DNA of 64,000 nt from an uncultured Acidimicrobiaceae bacterium. GTDB lineage: Bacteria; Actinomycetota; Acidimicrobiia; Acidimicrobiales; Ilumatobacteraceae. Where the stretch lies: the NCBI GenBank assembly GCA_937890395.1, contig CALACK010000062.1, forward strand, positions 1,170-65,169, in the 5' to 3' direction. The notes below the pieces were generated by a model that did not search any database, was not told the DNA's origin, and saw only the letters and a program-made list of their open reading frames with translations. Below are positions 38,495-47,319 of the stretch, one piece after another. The first letter of the stretch is position 1; every line of letters starts with the position of its first letter. Made by a program: the position numbers and the translations under genes.

Positions 38495-39074
38495 GGCGAG
38501 CCCCCAACATATTTAGTGCTTCACGCAACATTGCTTCTGAATTGCTAGTTGCAGACATTTCTCTAAGCACATCACGAATCTCTTCGCTTGAATAGCCGAG
38601 CCCCGATAGTGCATCTCGAACATCACCAATACTTGACGAACCGTTCAATGTATTACTGATTTCTAAAATATTCAGGTGCAGACGACTCTTCAATTCAATC
38701 AGTAGTCGCTCTGCTGTTTTTTTACCGACCCCAGAGACGAGTGTCAACGCAGGAATATCTGAACTGGCAACGATATCGACAAGTGCCCTTGGCGAGTGTG
38801 TTGCCAAGATCGTCATCGCCATATTTGGTCCAACGCCATGCGTCGCGAGTAAAATTTCGAAACACCGTCGCTCATCGCGATCAAGAAAACCATAAAGAGT
38901 TTGAGCATCTTCGCGAACATAATGATGAACATAAATAAATGCATCGGAAGTTGGCTCGAGCTCGCCCAATGTTCGTGGTGTCACGTGCACTAGATATCCA
39001 ACGCCGTTTGTCTCAATCAACACTGTTGATTCAGAGGTGCGTTCAAGAATTGTTCCGCGCAATGAACCAATCAT
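38487..39074 (-). CDS. ruvA: Holliday junction DNA helicase subunit RuvA
   Basis: 195 aa with N-terminal MIGSLRG.I and HhH motifs L..V.GVGPNMA and [14 protein letters not shown]. Confidence 0.94.
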   Translation of the reverse strand: MIGSLRGTILERTSESTVLIETNGVGYLVHVTPRTLGELEPTSDAFIYVHHYVREDAQTLYGFLDRDERRCFEILLATHGVGPNMAMTILATHSPRALVDIVASSDIPALTLVSGVGKKTAERLLIELKSRLHLNILEISNTLNGSSSIGDVRDALSGLGYSSEEIRDVLREMSATSNSEAMLREALNMLGARRA

Positions 39075-39634
39075 GCCAACCGCACTTTAGCTTCACCAAT
39101 TTTTTTCGCCAAACTACTTGAAGCAATATGACATAGCGCAATCGCTGCAGCGTCAGCGGCATCAGCAGGTTTAGGAATCGTATTTAAACCAAGTCGCTGT
39201 TTAACCATTTTTTGTACTTGTGCTTTATCAGCACCTCCCCAACCCGTGATCGCAAGTTTCACTTGATTCGGTGTGTATTGCTCAACTTGCAAACCACGGC
39301 GAGCAGCGGCGCTTAGCGCTAGACCACTAACTTGACCAACGCTCATTGCTGTACGCACATTTGATTGAAAAAAAATGTGCTCAACTGCTACGACAGACGG
39401 ATGATACTCATCTAAAAGTTCTTCAATTTCTGAACCTATTTCGGCAAGTCTCTGTGGCAGCGCTTGATCTGGACGTGTTCGCAAAACACCGAGTGCACGC
39501 ATCGTAATTTGAGTTGCTCCTCGAACCTCTAAAACCGCATACCCGCAGCGAGTTAACCCGGGATCTATTCCGAGAATGACTGAAGTCTCGCGCTCATCTG
39601 GCAGATTAACGCTGTCTGCTGACTGGGCGAACAT
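39071..39634 (-). CDS. ruvC: crossover junction endodeoxyribonuclease RuvC
   Basis: ILGIDPGLTRCGYAV is the catalytic N-terminus, with a C-terminal ADAADAAAIALCH. I start at ATG 39634; the ORF-track extension to 39682 would overlap the bcp gene. Confidence 0.93.
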   Translation of the reverse strand: MFAQSADSVNLPDERETSVILGIDPGLTRCGYAVLEVRGATQITMRALGVLRTRPDQALPQRLAEIGSEIEELLDEYHPSVVAVEHIFFQSNVRTAMSVGQVSGLALSAAARRGLQVEQYTPNQVKLAITGWGGADKAQVQKMVKQRLGLNTIPKPADAADAAAIALCHIASSSLAKKIGEAKVRLA

Positions 39635-39644
39635 ATGTTCAATG

Positions 39645-40124
39645 TTACTTGATACCCGCCTGTGCATTGGCGATTGCTTCAATAAGTTCTTTGACTGGAC
39701 TAAAGGTCACACCCACAAGTGAGCGATGTACATATTTGACTACTCCGTTTGGGTCAATAACGAAAACACTGCGCCTCGGCAGACCTGCGAACCCAACCAC
39801 ACCGTATTCGTTTAGAACTTTTTTATCCGGATCAGACAGTAGCGGAAACATGAAATTATGTTTGGTTGCAAATTTATCATGACTAGCCATGTTCTGGTGA
39901 GAAATTGCCAATACTTGCGCACCCACATTTGAAAACTGCGAAAGCTCGTCATTGTAAGAACACAACTGCTTGGTGCAGACCGCTGTCGAGTCGCCAGGAT
40001 AAAACACCAGCACTACAGCGGTACCACGAAATTGCGATAGCGAATAATTCTTATCGCCTGTGCCAGGCAATGAGAAATCTGGAGCCTTGCTACCAATTTC
40101 AATAGACGTTTCGCCAGACATCAT
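39645..40124 (-). CDS. bcp: thiol peroxidase / peroxiredoxin, Bcp (PrxQ) type
   Basis: 159 aa with the PxxxTxxC active site PGDSTAVCT. A resolving Cys lies 5 residues later (CTKQLC), as in Bcp. Confidence 0.88.
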   Translation of the reverse strand: MMSGETSIEIGSKAPDFSLPGTGDKNYSLSQFRGTAVVLVFYPGDSTAVCTKQLCSYNDELSQFSNVGAQVLAISHQNMASHDKFATKHNFMFPLLSDPDKKVLNEYGVVGFAGLPRRSVFVIDPNGVVKYVHRSLVGVTFSPVKELIEAIANAQAGIK

Positions 40125-40867
40125 CCAACCTCTTCCATTAGTTTTTCTGAAATATCAAAATTGGCGTAGACATCTTGCACATCGTCATTGTCGTCAAGTT
40201 CGTGCATAATCTTTAAAATTGCTTTTGCCTCATCTGGATTTGTTACTTCGACGGTGTTCGCCGAAAGCATGGTTGTCGTTGCAGAGTTCACAGTTATTTT
40301 TGCTGCTTCAAGCGAGCTCTTCAGATCCCATACTTGACTCGGGTCGCAAGTTACATGCCACATTTCTTCGTCGGCAGTTATGTCTTCTAGTCCATGATCA
40401 AGACCAACCAACATCAAATCGTCTTCGCTGACAGTCTTGGCAACCAAGATCACACCTTTACGAGAAAATTGCCAGCCGACCGCTCCTGGTGCAGCCATTG
40501 ATCCACCCTGCTTCGAAAAAATAATTCGCACATCAGCTGCCGTTCGATTTCGATTGTCCGTGAGAATGTCAATCAACATCGCAACACCACCTGGAGCATA
40601 AGCCTCGTAGGTCACTGACTCGTAAACCCTTCCATCCGTTTCGCCCATGCCACGTTTGATGGCACGCTCAATCGCATCGTTGGTCATCTGTGCGGCTTTT
40701 GCTTTTGCGACAACCGTACGCAGAGCTGCGTTTGTAGACACATCTCCACCACCGTCACGTGCGGCAACTTCGAGTAGTCGCGACAATTTTGCAAAAGTCT
40801 TCCCACGGACTTTATCGATCGCCGCTTTTTTGTGTTTGATCGTTGCCCATTTAGAGTGACCAGACAT
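40121..40867 (-). CDS. yebC: YebC/PmpR family DNA-binding transcriptional regulator
   Basis: 248 aa with the invariant N-terminus MSGHSKWATIKHKKA. Confidence 0.94.
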   Translation of the reverse strand: MSGHSKWATIKHKKAAIDKVRGKTFAKLSRLLEVAARDGGGDVSTNAALRTVVAKAKAAQMTNDAIERAIKRGMGETDGRVYESVTYEAYAPGGVAMLIDILTDNRNRTAADVRIIFSKQGGSMAAPGAVGWQFSRKGVILVAKTVSEDDLMLVGLDHGLEDITADEEMWHVTCDPSQVWDLKSSLEAAKITVNSATTTMLSANTVEVTNPDEAKAILKIMHELDDNDDVQDVYANFDISEKLMEEVG

Positions 40868-40869
40868 TA

Positions 40870-41466
40870 CTAAACTCCTCTCAAAAATAACTCATGTAAC
40901 CGAACATCATTAGCTAACTCTGGATGAAACGAGGCGACCATAACATTGTCTTGTTGCGCCAACACGACATCGTCTCCACAATATGCCAAAGCATGTACTT
41001 CTGACCCAAGCGAGACGATGCGTGGCGCACGAATAAACACTGCATGAAACGAACTATCTAACGAGTCAATTTCGATCTCAGCCTCGAAACTATCAATTTG
41101 ACGTCCGTAGGCATTGCGCTGAACATCAATATCAATTGCCTCGAACGACAACTGATCTTCGCGACCGTCAAGAATTTTTTTAGAGAGCAAAATCATCCCT
41201 GCACATGTTCCAAACACGGGCATACCGTTTTTAATGCGACGACCTATCGGATCGAACAATTCAGATGACTCAAGCAACTGCGACATCGTCGTCGATTCAC
41301 CGCCTGGCATTACAAAAGCATCAACTTTTGCGAGATCTGCGGGCGTACGCACTTGAACTGCGTCAAAACCTAATTTCTGAAAAACCTTTTGATGTCTCTC
41401 GAACGCACCTTGCAGTGCCAATACACCGATTTTTATTGCAGACTTCTTACGCGAGACGCCAATCAC
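40870..41466 (-). CDS. pdxT: pyridoxal 5-prime-phosphate synthase glutaminase subunit PdxT
   Basis: 198 aa with IGVLALQGAF, the nucleophile FGTCAGMILL and FHPEL. Confidence 0.94.
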   Translation of the reverse strand: MIGVSRKKSAIKIGVLALQGAFERHQKVFQKLGFDAVQVRTPADLAKVDAFVMPGGESTTMSQLLESSELFDPIGRRIKNGMPVFGTCAGMILLSKKILDGREDQLSFEAIDIDVQRNAYGRQIDSFEAEIEIDSLDSSFHAVFIRAPRIVSLGSEVHALAYCGDDVVLAQQDNVMVASFHPELANDVRLHELFLRGV

Positions 41467-41484
41467 CAGGAGGCCTCGAGTCGT

Positions 41485-42378
41485 TCACCAACCACGCTCC
41501 GCGAAACGCTCTTGAATGTTGTCCATGCCAATTCCGGTCATTGGTGCACCCAAGTTACGACTGACTTTTGCAATTATTGCGGCATCTCTAAAATGAGTTG
41601 TTGCTTCGACAATTGACCTGGCTCGCGGAGCAGGATCATCGCTCTTGAATATTCCTGAACCAACAAAAACAGCTTCGGCTCCGAGTTGCATTGCTAAGGC
41701 TGCGTCACTTGGCGTGGCGATTCCGCCGGCACAAAATAACGGCACTTGCAACCATCCAGTTTCGGCAATTTCTTGAACTAAAGGCAATGGCGCTTGAAGA
41801 CGTTTCGCCCATTCAAACAATTCTGCCGAGTCAGCTTGCGTAATTTTTCGGATGTCACCAATGATTGATCGCAGATGTCGCACTGCTTCGACAATATTGC
41901 CTGTGCCTGCTTCTCCCTTTGAGCGAATCAACGCAGCACCTTCACTGATGCGACGCAACGCCTCACCAAGATTTGTTGCGCCACATACAACTGGCGTTTT
42001 GAATGCGAACTTATCAATGTGATGTGACTCGTCCGCGGGCGTCAAAACTTCGCTCTCGTCAATAAAGTCAACACCAAGCGACTCGAGAACCTGAGCTTCC
42101 ACGAAGTGGCCAATGCGTGCTTTAGCCATAACTGGTATAGAGACAACTGCTTGAATCTTTTCGATCATTTCTGGGTCACTCATACGAGCAACGCCACCAT
42201 CGCGACGAATATCTGCTGGCACACGCTCGAGAGCCATCACTGCGCAAGCGCCAGAATCTTCGGCGATCTTTGCTTGCTCGGCATTGACTACATCCATGAT
42301 TACGCCGCCCTTTAGCATCTCTGCCAAACCGCGCTTAACGGTCATCGAGCCCGTTTTGCTCACTTCACTTTTTGCCAT
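41485..42378 (-). CDS. pdxS: pyridoxal 5-prime-phosphate synthase lyase subunit PdxS
   Basis: Contains [18 protein letters not shown] and a highly conserved TIM barrel. I start at ATG 42378 because GGAGA lies 7 nt upstream; the track start at 42408 has no such support. Confidence 0.96.
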   Translation of the reverse strand: MAKSEVSKTGSMTVKRGLAEMLKGGVIMDVVNAEQAKIAEDSGACAVMALERVPADIRRDGGVARMSDPEMIEKIQAVVSIPVMAKARIGHFVEAQVLESLGVDFIDESEVLTPADESHHIDKFAFKTPVVCGATNLGEALRRISEGAALIRSKGEAGTGNIVEAVRHLRSIIGDIRKITQADSAELFEWAKRLQAPLPLVQEIAETGWLQVPLFCAGGIATPSDAALAMQLGAEAVFVGSGIFKSDDPAPRARSIVEATTHFRDAAIIAKVSRNLGAPMTGIGMDNIQERFAERGW

Positions 42379-42438
42379 TTTTAAATCTCCAACGTCGGGT
42401 TGATGCAAGCGTACACAACGAACGAATGACTATTTAGA

Positions 42439-43521
42439 TCAGGGGTACTTGACTTTTTTAACATCTTCACCAGGTGCAATATTCACCGCAGACTTCGGAC
42501 GAATAACTTCGATCCAAGTACGACCTGGCGTCAATTTGATAATTTCGCCGTTGATATCTTTGTAAATAAATGGCATTTCAGGATCTGGACGCTCCCATGA
42601 GCCTTGAACTAATACGCCTGCGGTGTATATCCAAACTTCTCCACTACCGACAGATTTTGCAACTGGACTTGAGCCGCTCTTCGAATAAACAACCGAAATA
42701 ACAACAACGTTTTGTGCATTGACACGTACATCTTGCATGTCAACATGCGGCTTATTGTCTTGCGACCGAACGAAAGTTAATAGATCTGGGTTCCACTCCC
42801 ACATCACATCAACACCATCCATTGAAATCTTGACTGCTGCAGCCGGCTTTGAGGCCGTGGTCACAGCCTCATCACTTGCACGATATTCAAACTGTGGTAG
42901 CGGCGGTTTAGCATCAGCAGGTGCGAGCGACCAAAGTTTTGTTGTCTCAGCAACTAAGTTGTGTGGCGCACTACGGCTCGACTCGCGACGGTAGCCACCC
43001 TTTTCATTAGCAACCGAATGACTTAAATCGACAAGCCATGACTTACGAATTGCAGAGGTAACTTTTTGGTTGCCGCCGCTCCAAGCTAAGAGTGGATGAT
43101 TGAGTGATCCCAACAGGTCGATGTCTTGTAAACGACCACTGCGGATCGGACCAACTGGGTCACTTCCTTGAGAATGAAACACGGCGGCAAAACGAGTTAG
43201 CTGCTCAACATTTTCTTCGAATACCAAATCGGCTTGGTTTAATCCCCACTGCGGGCGCGCTTTAGGGTGGTTATCAATCTTGACGATCAACGCAGGTCGA
43301 TTAAGAATTGACTCATCTGCCGCTGGGGCGCCAGTCAACGGGTTAACAACAACTGGAATTGTCGTCGTCGTCGTTGTCTCAGGAATTGTTGTTTCAACTA
43401 TCTCTTCGACTGGAAGTGTCGAAGCGGTATCAGAATTGCCGCCACAACTTGCGACGATCAATCCGCCCATGACTAAAAAAGCAACACTTAACTTAAGTTT
43501 TCGAATTGATTTAATTTTCAT
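42439..43521 (-). CDS. DUF3048-family lipoprotein (YerB-like)
   Basis: 360 aa with a lipoprotein signal and lipobox IVASC, then a Thr-rich linker. PALIVKIDNHPKARPQWGLNQADLVFEENVE..LTRFAAVFH matches the DUF3048 signature as I remember it. Confidence 0.7.
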   Translation of the reverse strand: MKIKSIRKLKLSVAFLVMGGLIVASCGGNSDTASTLPVEEIVETTIPETTTTTTIPVVVNPLTGAPAADESILNRPALIVKIDNHPKARPQWGLNQADLVFEENVEQLTRFAAVFHSQGSDPVGPIRSGRLQDIDLLGSLNHPLLAWSGGNQKVTSAIRKSWLVDLSHSVANEKGGYRRESSRSAPHNLVAETTKLWSLAPADAKPPLPQFEYRASDEAVTTASKPAAAVKISMDGVDVMWEWNPDLLTFVRSQDNKPHVDMQDVRVNAQNVVVISVVYSKSGSSPVAKSVGSGEVWIYTAGVLVQGSWERPDPEMPFIYKDINGEIIKLTPGRTWIEVIRPKSAVNIAPGEDVKKVKYP

Positions 43522-43522
43522 A

Positions 43523-44428
43523 TTACATCTCCCTTAATAGAGCTATTCGTTCTGACAGTGGTGGATGGGTATTAAACAGTTTATGAAATCCAGCAAGTTT
43601 ACCTGTGTCATTGACCCCAGATAAAGGTTGTTCAATCCACATATGTGCCGTAGCCATGCTGGCTGAGTGAGTCACGGTGCTGTCGGCTTGAAGTTTTTCT
43701 AGAGCGGATATCAAACCCGGCGGAAATCTAGTCAGTTGACATGCTGACACATCTGCCAAAGTTTCACGACGTCGGCTAATTGTTGCTTGCATCATTCGCG
43801 CAACGAGTGGCGCAATTATCAATAAAGCAAAACCAATAAATGCAAGCGGATTAGATGAATTGCGACGATCATCACTGCGACTGACTCGCCCACCGTTCCA
43901 CCACATCATGCGAATCGAAATATCGGCGAGCAGTGCAACAGTGCCAACAAGCGTGACGGCGAGAGTAGAAACTAAAATGTCATAATTCTTAATGTGCGAT
44001 AGTTCGTGAGCCAAAACACCTTCAAGTTCGACGCGATCTAGCTTTTCTAATAATCCGGATGTAACAGCGACCGCTGCATGTTTCGGGTTACGACCTGTTG
44101 CGAACGCATTTGGTGCTTGATCGTGAATCACATATAGACGCGGTTTTGGCAAACCACCAGCGATACACAAACCCTCAACCAAATTATGCAGGCGCTTGTA
44201 TTCAATTTCGTCGGCTGGTATCGCGCGACTTACCTTAAGAGCAATTGTGTCTGACTTCCAATATGAGATAACCGCCATCACACCAGACACCACAAGCGCA
44301 AAAGTTGTGCCAACAATTGGATTACCGAGAACTAAACCTGCCGCCATACCAACGACGACAAGAAACAATGAGAAACCCAAAAGCAAAAATACAGAACGCC
44401 GTTTATTTGAAGCAATTAAGTCATACAT
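43523..44428 (-). CDS. htpX: M48-family zinc metalloprotease HtpX
   Basis: 301 aa with 4 TM segments and an HEXXH zinc site in AHELSHIKN. Confidence 0.88.
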   Translation of the reverse strand: MYDLIASNKRRSVFLLLGFSLFLVVVGMAAGLVLGNPIVGTTFALVVSGVMAVISYWKSDTIALKVSRAIPADEIEYKRLHNLVEGLCIAGGLPKPRLYVIHDQAPNAFATGRNPKHAAVAVTSGLLEKLDRVELEGVLAHELSHIKNYDILVSTLAVTLVGTVALLADISIRMMWWNGGRVSRSDDRRNSSNPLAFIGFALLIIAPLVARMMQATISRRRETLADVSACQLTRFPPGLISALEKLQADSTVTHSASMATAHMWIEQPLSGVNDTGKLAGFHKLFNTHPPLSERIALLREM

Positions 44429-44455
44429 AATCAGATCCAGATTCTAGAACTAAAA

Positions 44456-45019
44456 CTAAAACTGCACCTTCGGGGCAGTCTTTTCGGCTTCTGTTGCCTC
44501 AAATGAATCACTTTCAGCAAATTTAAAGAGTGACGCAACTAACACGCTCGGAAAGCTATGCACTGAGTTGTTGTAGGCAAGCACAGCGTCGTTATAAAAC
44601 TGGCGGGCGTAGGCAATACGGCTCTCTGTGTTGCTGAGTTCTTCTTGCAAATTCAAAAAACTCGCGTTGGCTTTGAGATCTGGGTAAGCCTCAGATAGTG
44701 CGAAGAACTGACGCAACGCCCCAGATAATGCACTGTCTGCATTTGCCTGACCCGATGCCGTTTCTGGTGCTGACATCGCAGTGTTTCGAGCCAAAATTAC
44801 ATCTTGTAAAGTTTTTTGCTCAAAGTTTGCATAGCCCTTGACAGTTTCAACAAGATTCGGAATCAGTTCTATACGTCGTTTAAGTTGAACATCGATTTGA
44901 GCCCAGGCGTTCTTAACTTGATTGCGTTTTTGGACTAACGAGTTATAAATCATCACAGGAATTGTGATGACAGCAAAACCCAAAACCAGACCAATCCAAA
45001 TGCCCACGTTGTCCTCCAT
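44456..45019 (-). CDS. lemA: LemA family membrane protein
   Basis: 187 aa with an N-terminal TM and IDVQLKRRIELIPNLVETVKGYANFEQ, the LemA core. Confidence 0.88.
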   Translation of the reverse strand: MEDNVGIWIGLVLGFAVITIPVMIYNSLVQKRNQVKNAWAQIDVQLKRRIELIPNLVETVKGYANFEQKTLQDVILARNTAMSAPETASGQANADSALSGALRQFFALSEAYPDLKANASFLNLQEELSNTESRIAYARQFYNDAVLAYNNSVHSFPSVLVASLFKFAESDSFEATEAEKTAPKVQF

Positions 45020-45032
45020 TAATCTCGACTCG

Positions 45033-46313
45033 TTATCTTTCTTTTATTCTAGTGCGCGAATCAAACTTGGGAATTTTACGCAACACTCGATCTGAGTACA
45101 GGCGAACTATTCGGCTTTTTGGGTGATGGTCAGGTGAAAAATGCTCGCGCTCAAGAACCACGTAATACATCTCAACATAGATTTTCGCAAGTCGGTGCAT
45201 TGAGAGTTCACTTGCCCTAATGAGACCACCGTCACTTAGTTTTTGCGCAAGTTTTTTATCTGTCAATACTCGAGTTAAACCTTCGGCTAGTTCTGCGATA
45301 TCACCAGGTTCGACCAACCATGCATTCACGTCATGTGTACCAACATTGCGGTAACCCTCAAGCGAACTCGCTACGACCGGCGTGCCGCTAGCCATTGACT
45401 CAAGTACGACTATTCCAAAAGATTCACTATGCAATGAGGGTGCACAAAAAACTGAACACTGCGCAAGGCGATCTATTTTGTCTTCATCAGTGATTCTTCC
45501 GAGCCACGAAATACGACCGTCATGTGCATATTTCTGTTTTAACAACGAAATTCCGTCACCATCTGATGCGATCCACAATTTAACATCGTCGGAAAGTTTG
45601 GCAAACGCCTCAAGTAACTCGGCGAGTCCTTTTCTTGGCTCATACCTGCCACAAAAGAAAACGATCTTTTCAGAACTCCGTGAAATATTTGGCCGTGCAT
45701 ATAATTCGTTTTCTATACCGTTAAATAAAATCTCGTATTCGCCACCTAAATAACGATTTGCAAGTTCTTGTGCTTGTGGTGAAACTGCAACTCGCACATC
45801 AAGATGATTAGCGAGCCAGTTGACCCCCTTGTTAATGCGCCCGTACCAAGCGATGTCGCCGGCGGCGTGAAAGGTGCCGATCATCGGAGCGAGGCGCAAC
45901 AGTAACGCGGTCATCGTCGGCCCGGGTGCAATCGGCTCGTGTAAATGCAAGATGTCAAACGCCTCATCGTTGATCGCGCGAATAGTGCGCAGTGCCGCCG
46001 AAGGGTCAGGCGCTAGCGGCGCAGTCGAACCATTCGCAGCAGTTGGCAGACTGTTGCCAAGTGGTGTCACAAACGGCTCAGGCGGTGGTCCATCGCAAGG
46101 GCCGAGTACTCGTGCCTCATGACCCATCCGACGCAACTCGCGAGCCAAACCTAGAACTTGAGATTGGACGCCACCGGGAATCGTCAAACTATACGGACAC
46201 ACCAACCCGATGCGAAGCATCTTCTTGCGCTCGAAGCTCTTGATCGGATTAACCGGATCAATCGAATTAACCGGATTTACCGGATCAGCCGGACTACTTG
46301 CCGAATTCATCAA
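45033..46313 (-). CDS. pimA: GT4 glycosyltransferase, phosphatidylinositol alpha-mannosyltransferase PimA-like
   Basis: RIGLVCPYSLTIPGGVQSQV matches the PimA N-terminus (MRIGMVCPYS..PGGVQ in M. tuberculosis, from memory), with a GT-B EX7E region (ESFGIVVLESMASGTPVV). It is clustered with pgsA and an HtrB-type acyltransferase. The PimA-equivalent start is ATG 46220; the 31 upstream codons are repetitive (see finding). Confidence 0.8.
   Translation of the reverse strand: MMNSASSPADPVNPVNSIDPVNPIKSFERKKMLRIGLVCPYSLTIPGGVQSQVLGLARELRRMGHEARVLGPCDGPPPEPFVTPLGNSLPTAANGSTAPLAPDPSAALRTIRAINDEAFDILHLHEPIAPGPTMTALLLRLAPMIGTFHAAGDIAWYGRINKGVNWLANHLDVRVAVSPQAQELANRYLGGEYEILFNGIENELYARPNISRSSEKIVFFCGRYEPRKGLAELLEAFAKLSDDVKLWIASDGDGISLLKQKYAHDGRISWLGRITDEDKIDRLAQCSVFCAPSLHSESFGIVVLESMASGTPVVASSLEGYRNVGTHDVNAWLVEPGDIAELAEGLTRVLTDKKLAQKLSDGGLIRASELSMHRLAKIYVEMYYVVLEREHFSPDHHPKSRIVRLYSDRVLRKIPKFDSRTRIKER
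46245..46298. repeat. six imperfect 9-bp tandem units in the pimA 5-prime leader / N-terminal extension
   Basis: The plus strand reads cggattaac cggatcaat cgaattaac cggatttac cggatcagc cggactact. In the sense frame this gives P-x-(D/N) triplets (PADPVNPVNSIDPVNP). Confidence 0.85.
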
Positions 46314-46388
46314 CTACACGGTACGACCGATGGCCGAAATTAAGACATCGTCAATTGATCGACCTTATGCAGCAACTAACTTTGCACT

Positions 46389-47315
46389 ATGACTAATCAA
46401 GAGAGTTTTAGACCAGCGGTATCGCTAGTTGCATCATCTAACAAGCGAATGGCCGTGCTCGACCTCGCCCAACAAGCAGAGACACTCGGGTTCTCTGGCA
46501 TTGCATGCCCAAGCCTCGGTGCCGCAATGGCATTTTGTGTTTCATTGGCACATGCAACTAAATCAATAAAGTTTTGGACTTCAATTCAACCGATTTATTA
46601 CAGCCACGCAATCGAAATGGCGAACACCGCTGCACACATTCACGAAATTTCTAATAAACGATTTAGCCTTGGCCTTGGCGTTAGTCATGGACCGGTCATT
46701 AACCGACTTGGCGCGACTACTGCTACACCACTTGCAGATATAAAAACTTACGTCGCAACCATGCGTTCTCAAGAACGGTTTTCGGGCGAACTTCCACCGA
46801 TCTATTTGGCGGCTCTTCGCAATAAAATGCTAGATCTTGCAACTGAAATTTCTCAAGGCGCGATCTGGGCAAACGCTTCGTTAAGCAATATCTCTGATCA
46901 ACTTACAAATATTGAAGCATCACGCAGATCAGAAATGTTTTTGGCAAACATGGTGCCAACGGTGATTAGCGAAGATATCGCGGCCGCCCAAGCAATACAT
47001 CGCAAAACACTTGTCGGGTATGTTTCATTACCTAACTATCGAAACTATTGGCGATCGTGCGGTTACGACGAGCAGATTGATGCATTCGAAAAAATACTTG
47101 AGTCGCCTAACAAAGAAACCCGTTCTGCAGAAATTGTCGCAGCAATGGATACTGAATGGTTAAACGATTGCACTATTTCTGGCGACAGTGACACGGTTCG
47201 TGAAGCACTTTGGGGTTGGTCACAAGCCGGCGTTCTTCCGATCGCAGTTATGTCTTCGACTTCTGGCGGTCAAGCAAAGGCTGTTGGCGAATTGTTTGCG
47301 GCGTATTCGAATTAA
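46389..47315 (+). CDS. luciferase-like monooxygenase (LLM) family oxidoreductase, possibly F420-dependent
   Basis: 308 aa with a TIM-barrel LLM pattern (..LGFSGI......FSLGLGVSH.......). No specific subfamily is recognisable. It is the only plus-strand gene in the first 54 kb. Confidence 0.6.
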   Translation: MTNQESFRPAVSLVASSNKRMAVLDLAQQAETLGFSGIACPSLGAAMAFCVSLAHATKSIKFWTSIQPIYYSHAIEMANTAAHIHEISNKRFSLGLGVSHGPVINRLGATTATPLADIKTYVATMRSQERFSGELPPIYLAALRNKMLDLATEISQGAIWANASLSNISDQLTNIEASRRSEMFLANMVPTVISEDIAAAQAIHRKTLVGYVSLPNYRNYWRSCGYDEQIDAFEKILESPNKETRSAEIVAAMDTEWLNDCTISGDSDTVREALWGWSQAGVLPIAVMSSTSGGQAKAVGELFAAYSN

Positions 47316-47319
47316 TTTT

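Noticed and set aside
46351-46358. The palindrome TCAATTGA (imperfectly extendable to cgTCAATTGAtcg) in the pimA/LLM divergent spacer as an operator.
   Set aside because: An 8-bp AT-rich palindrome is expected by chance. There is no second copy and no adjacent regulator gene. It is mentioned only in passing.
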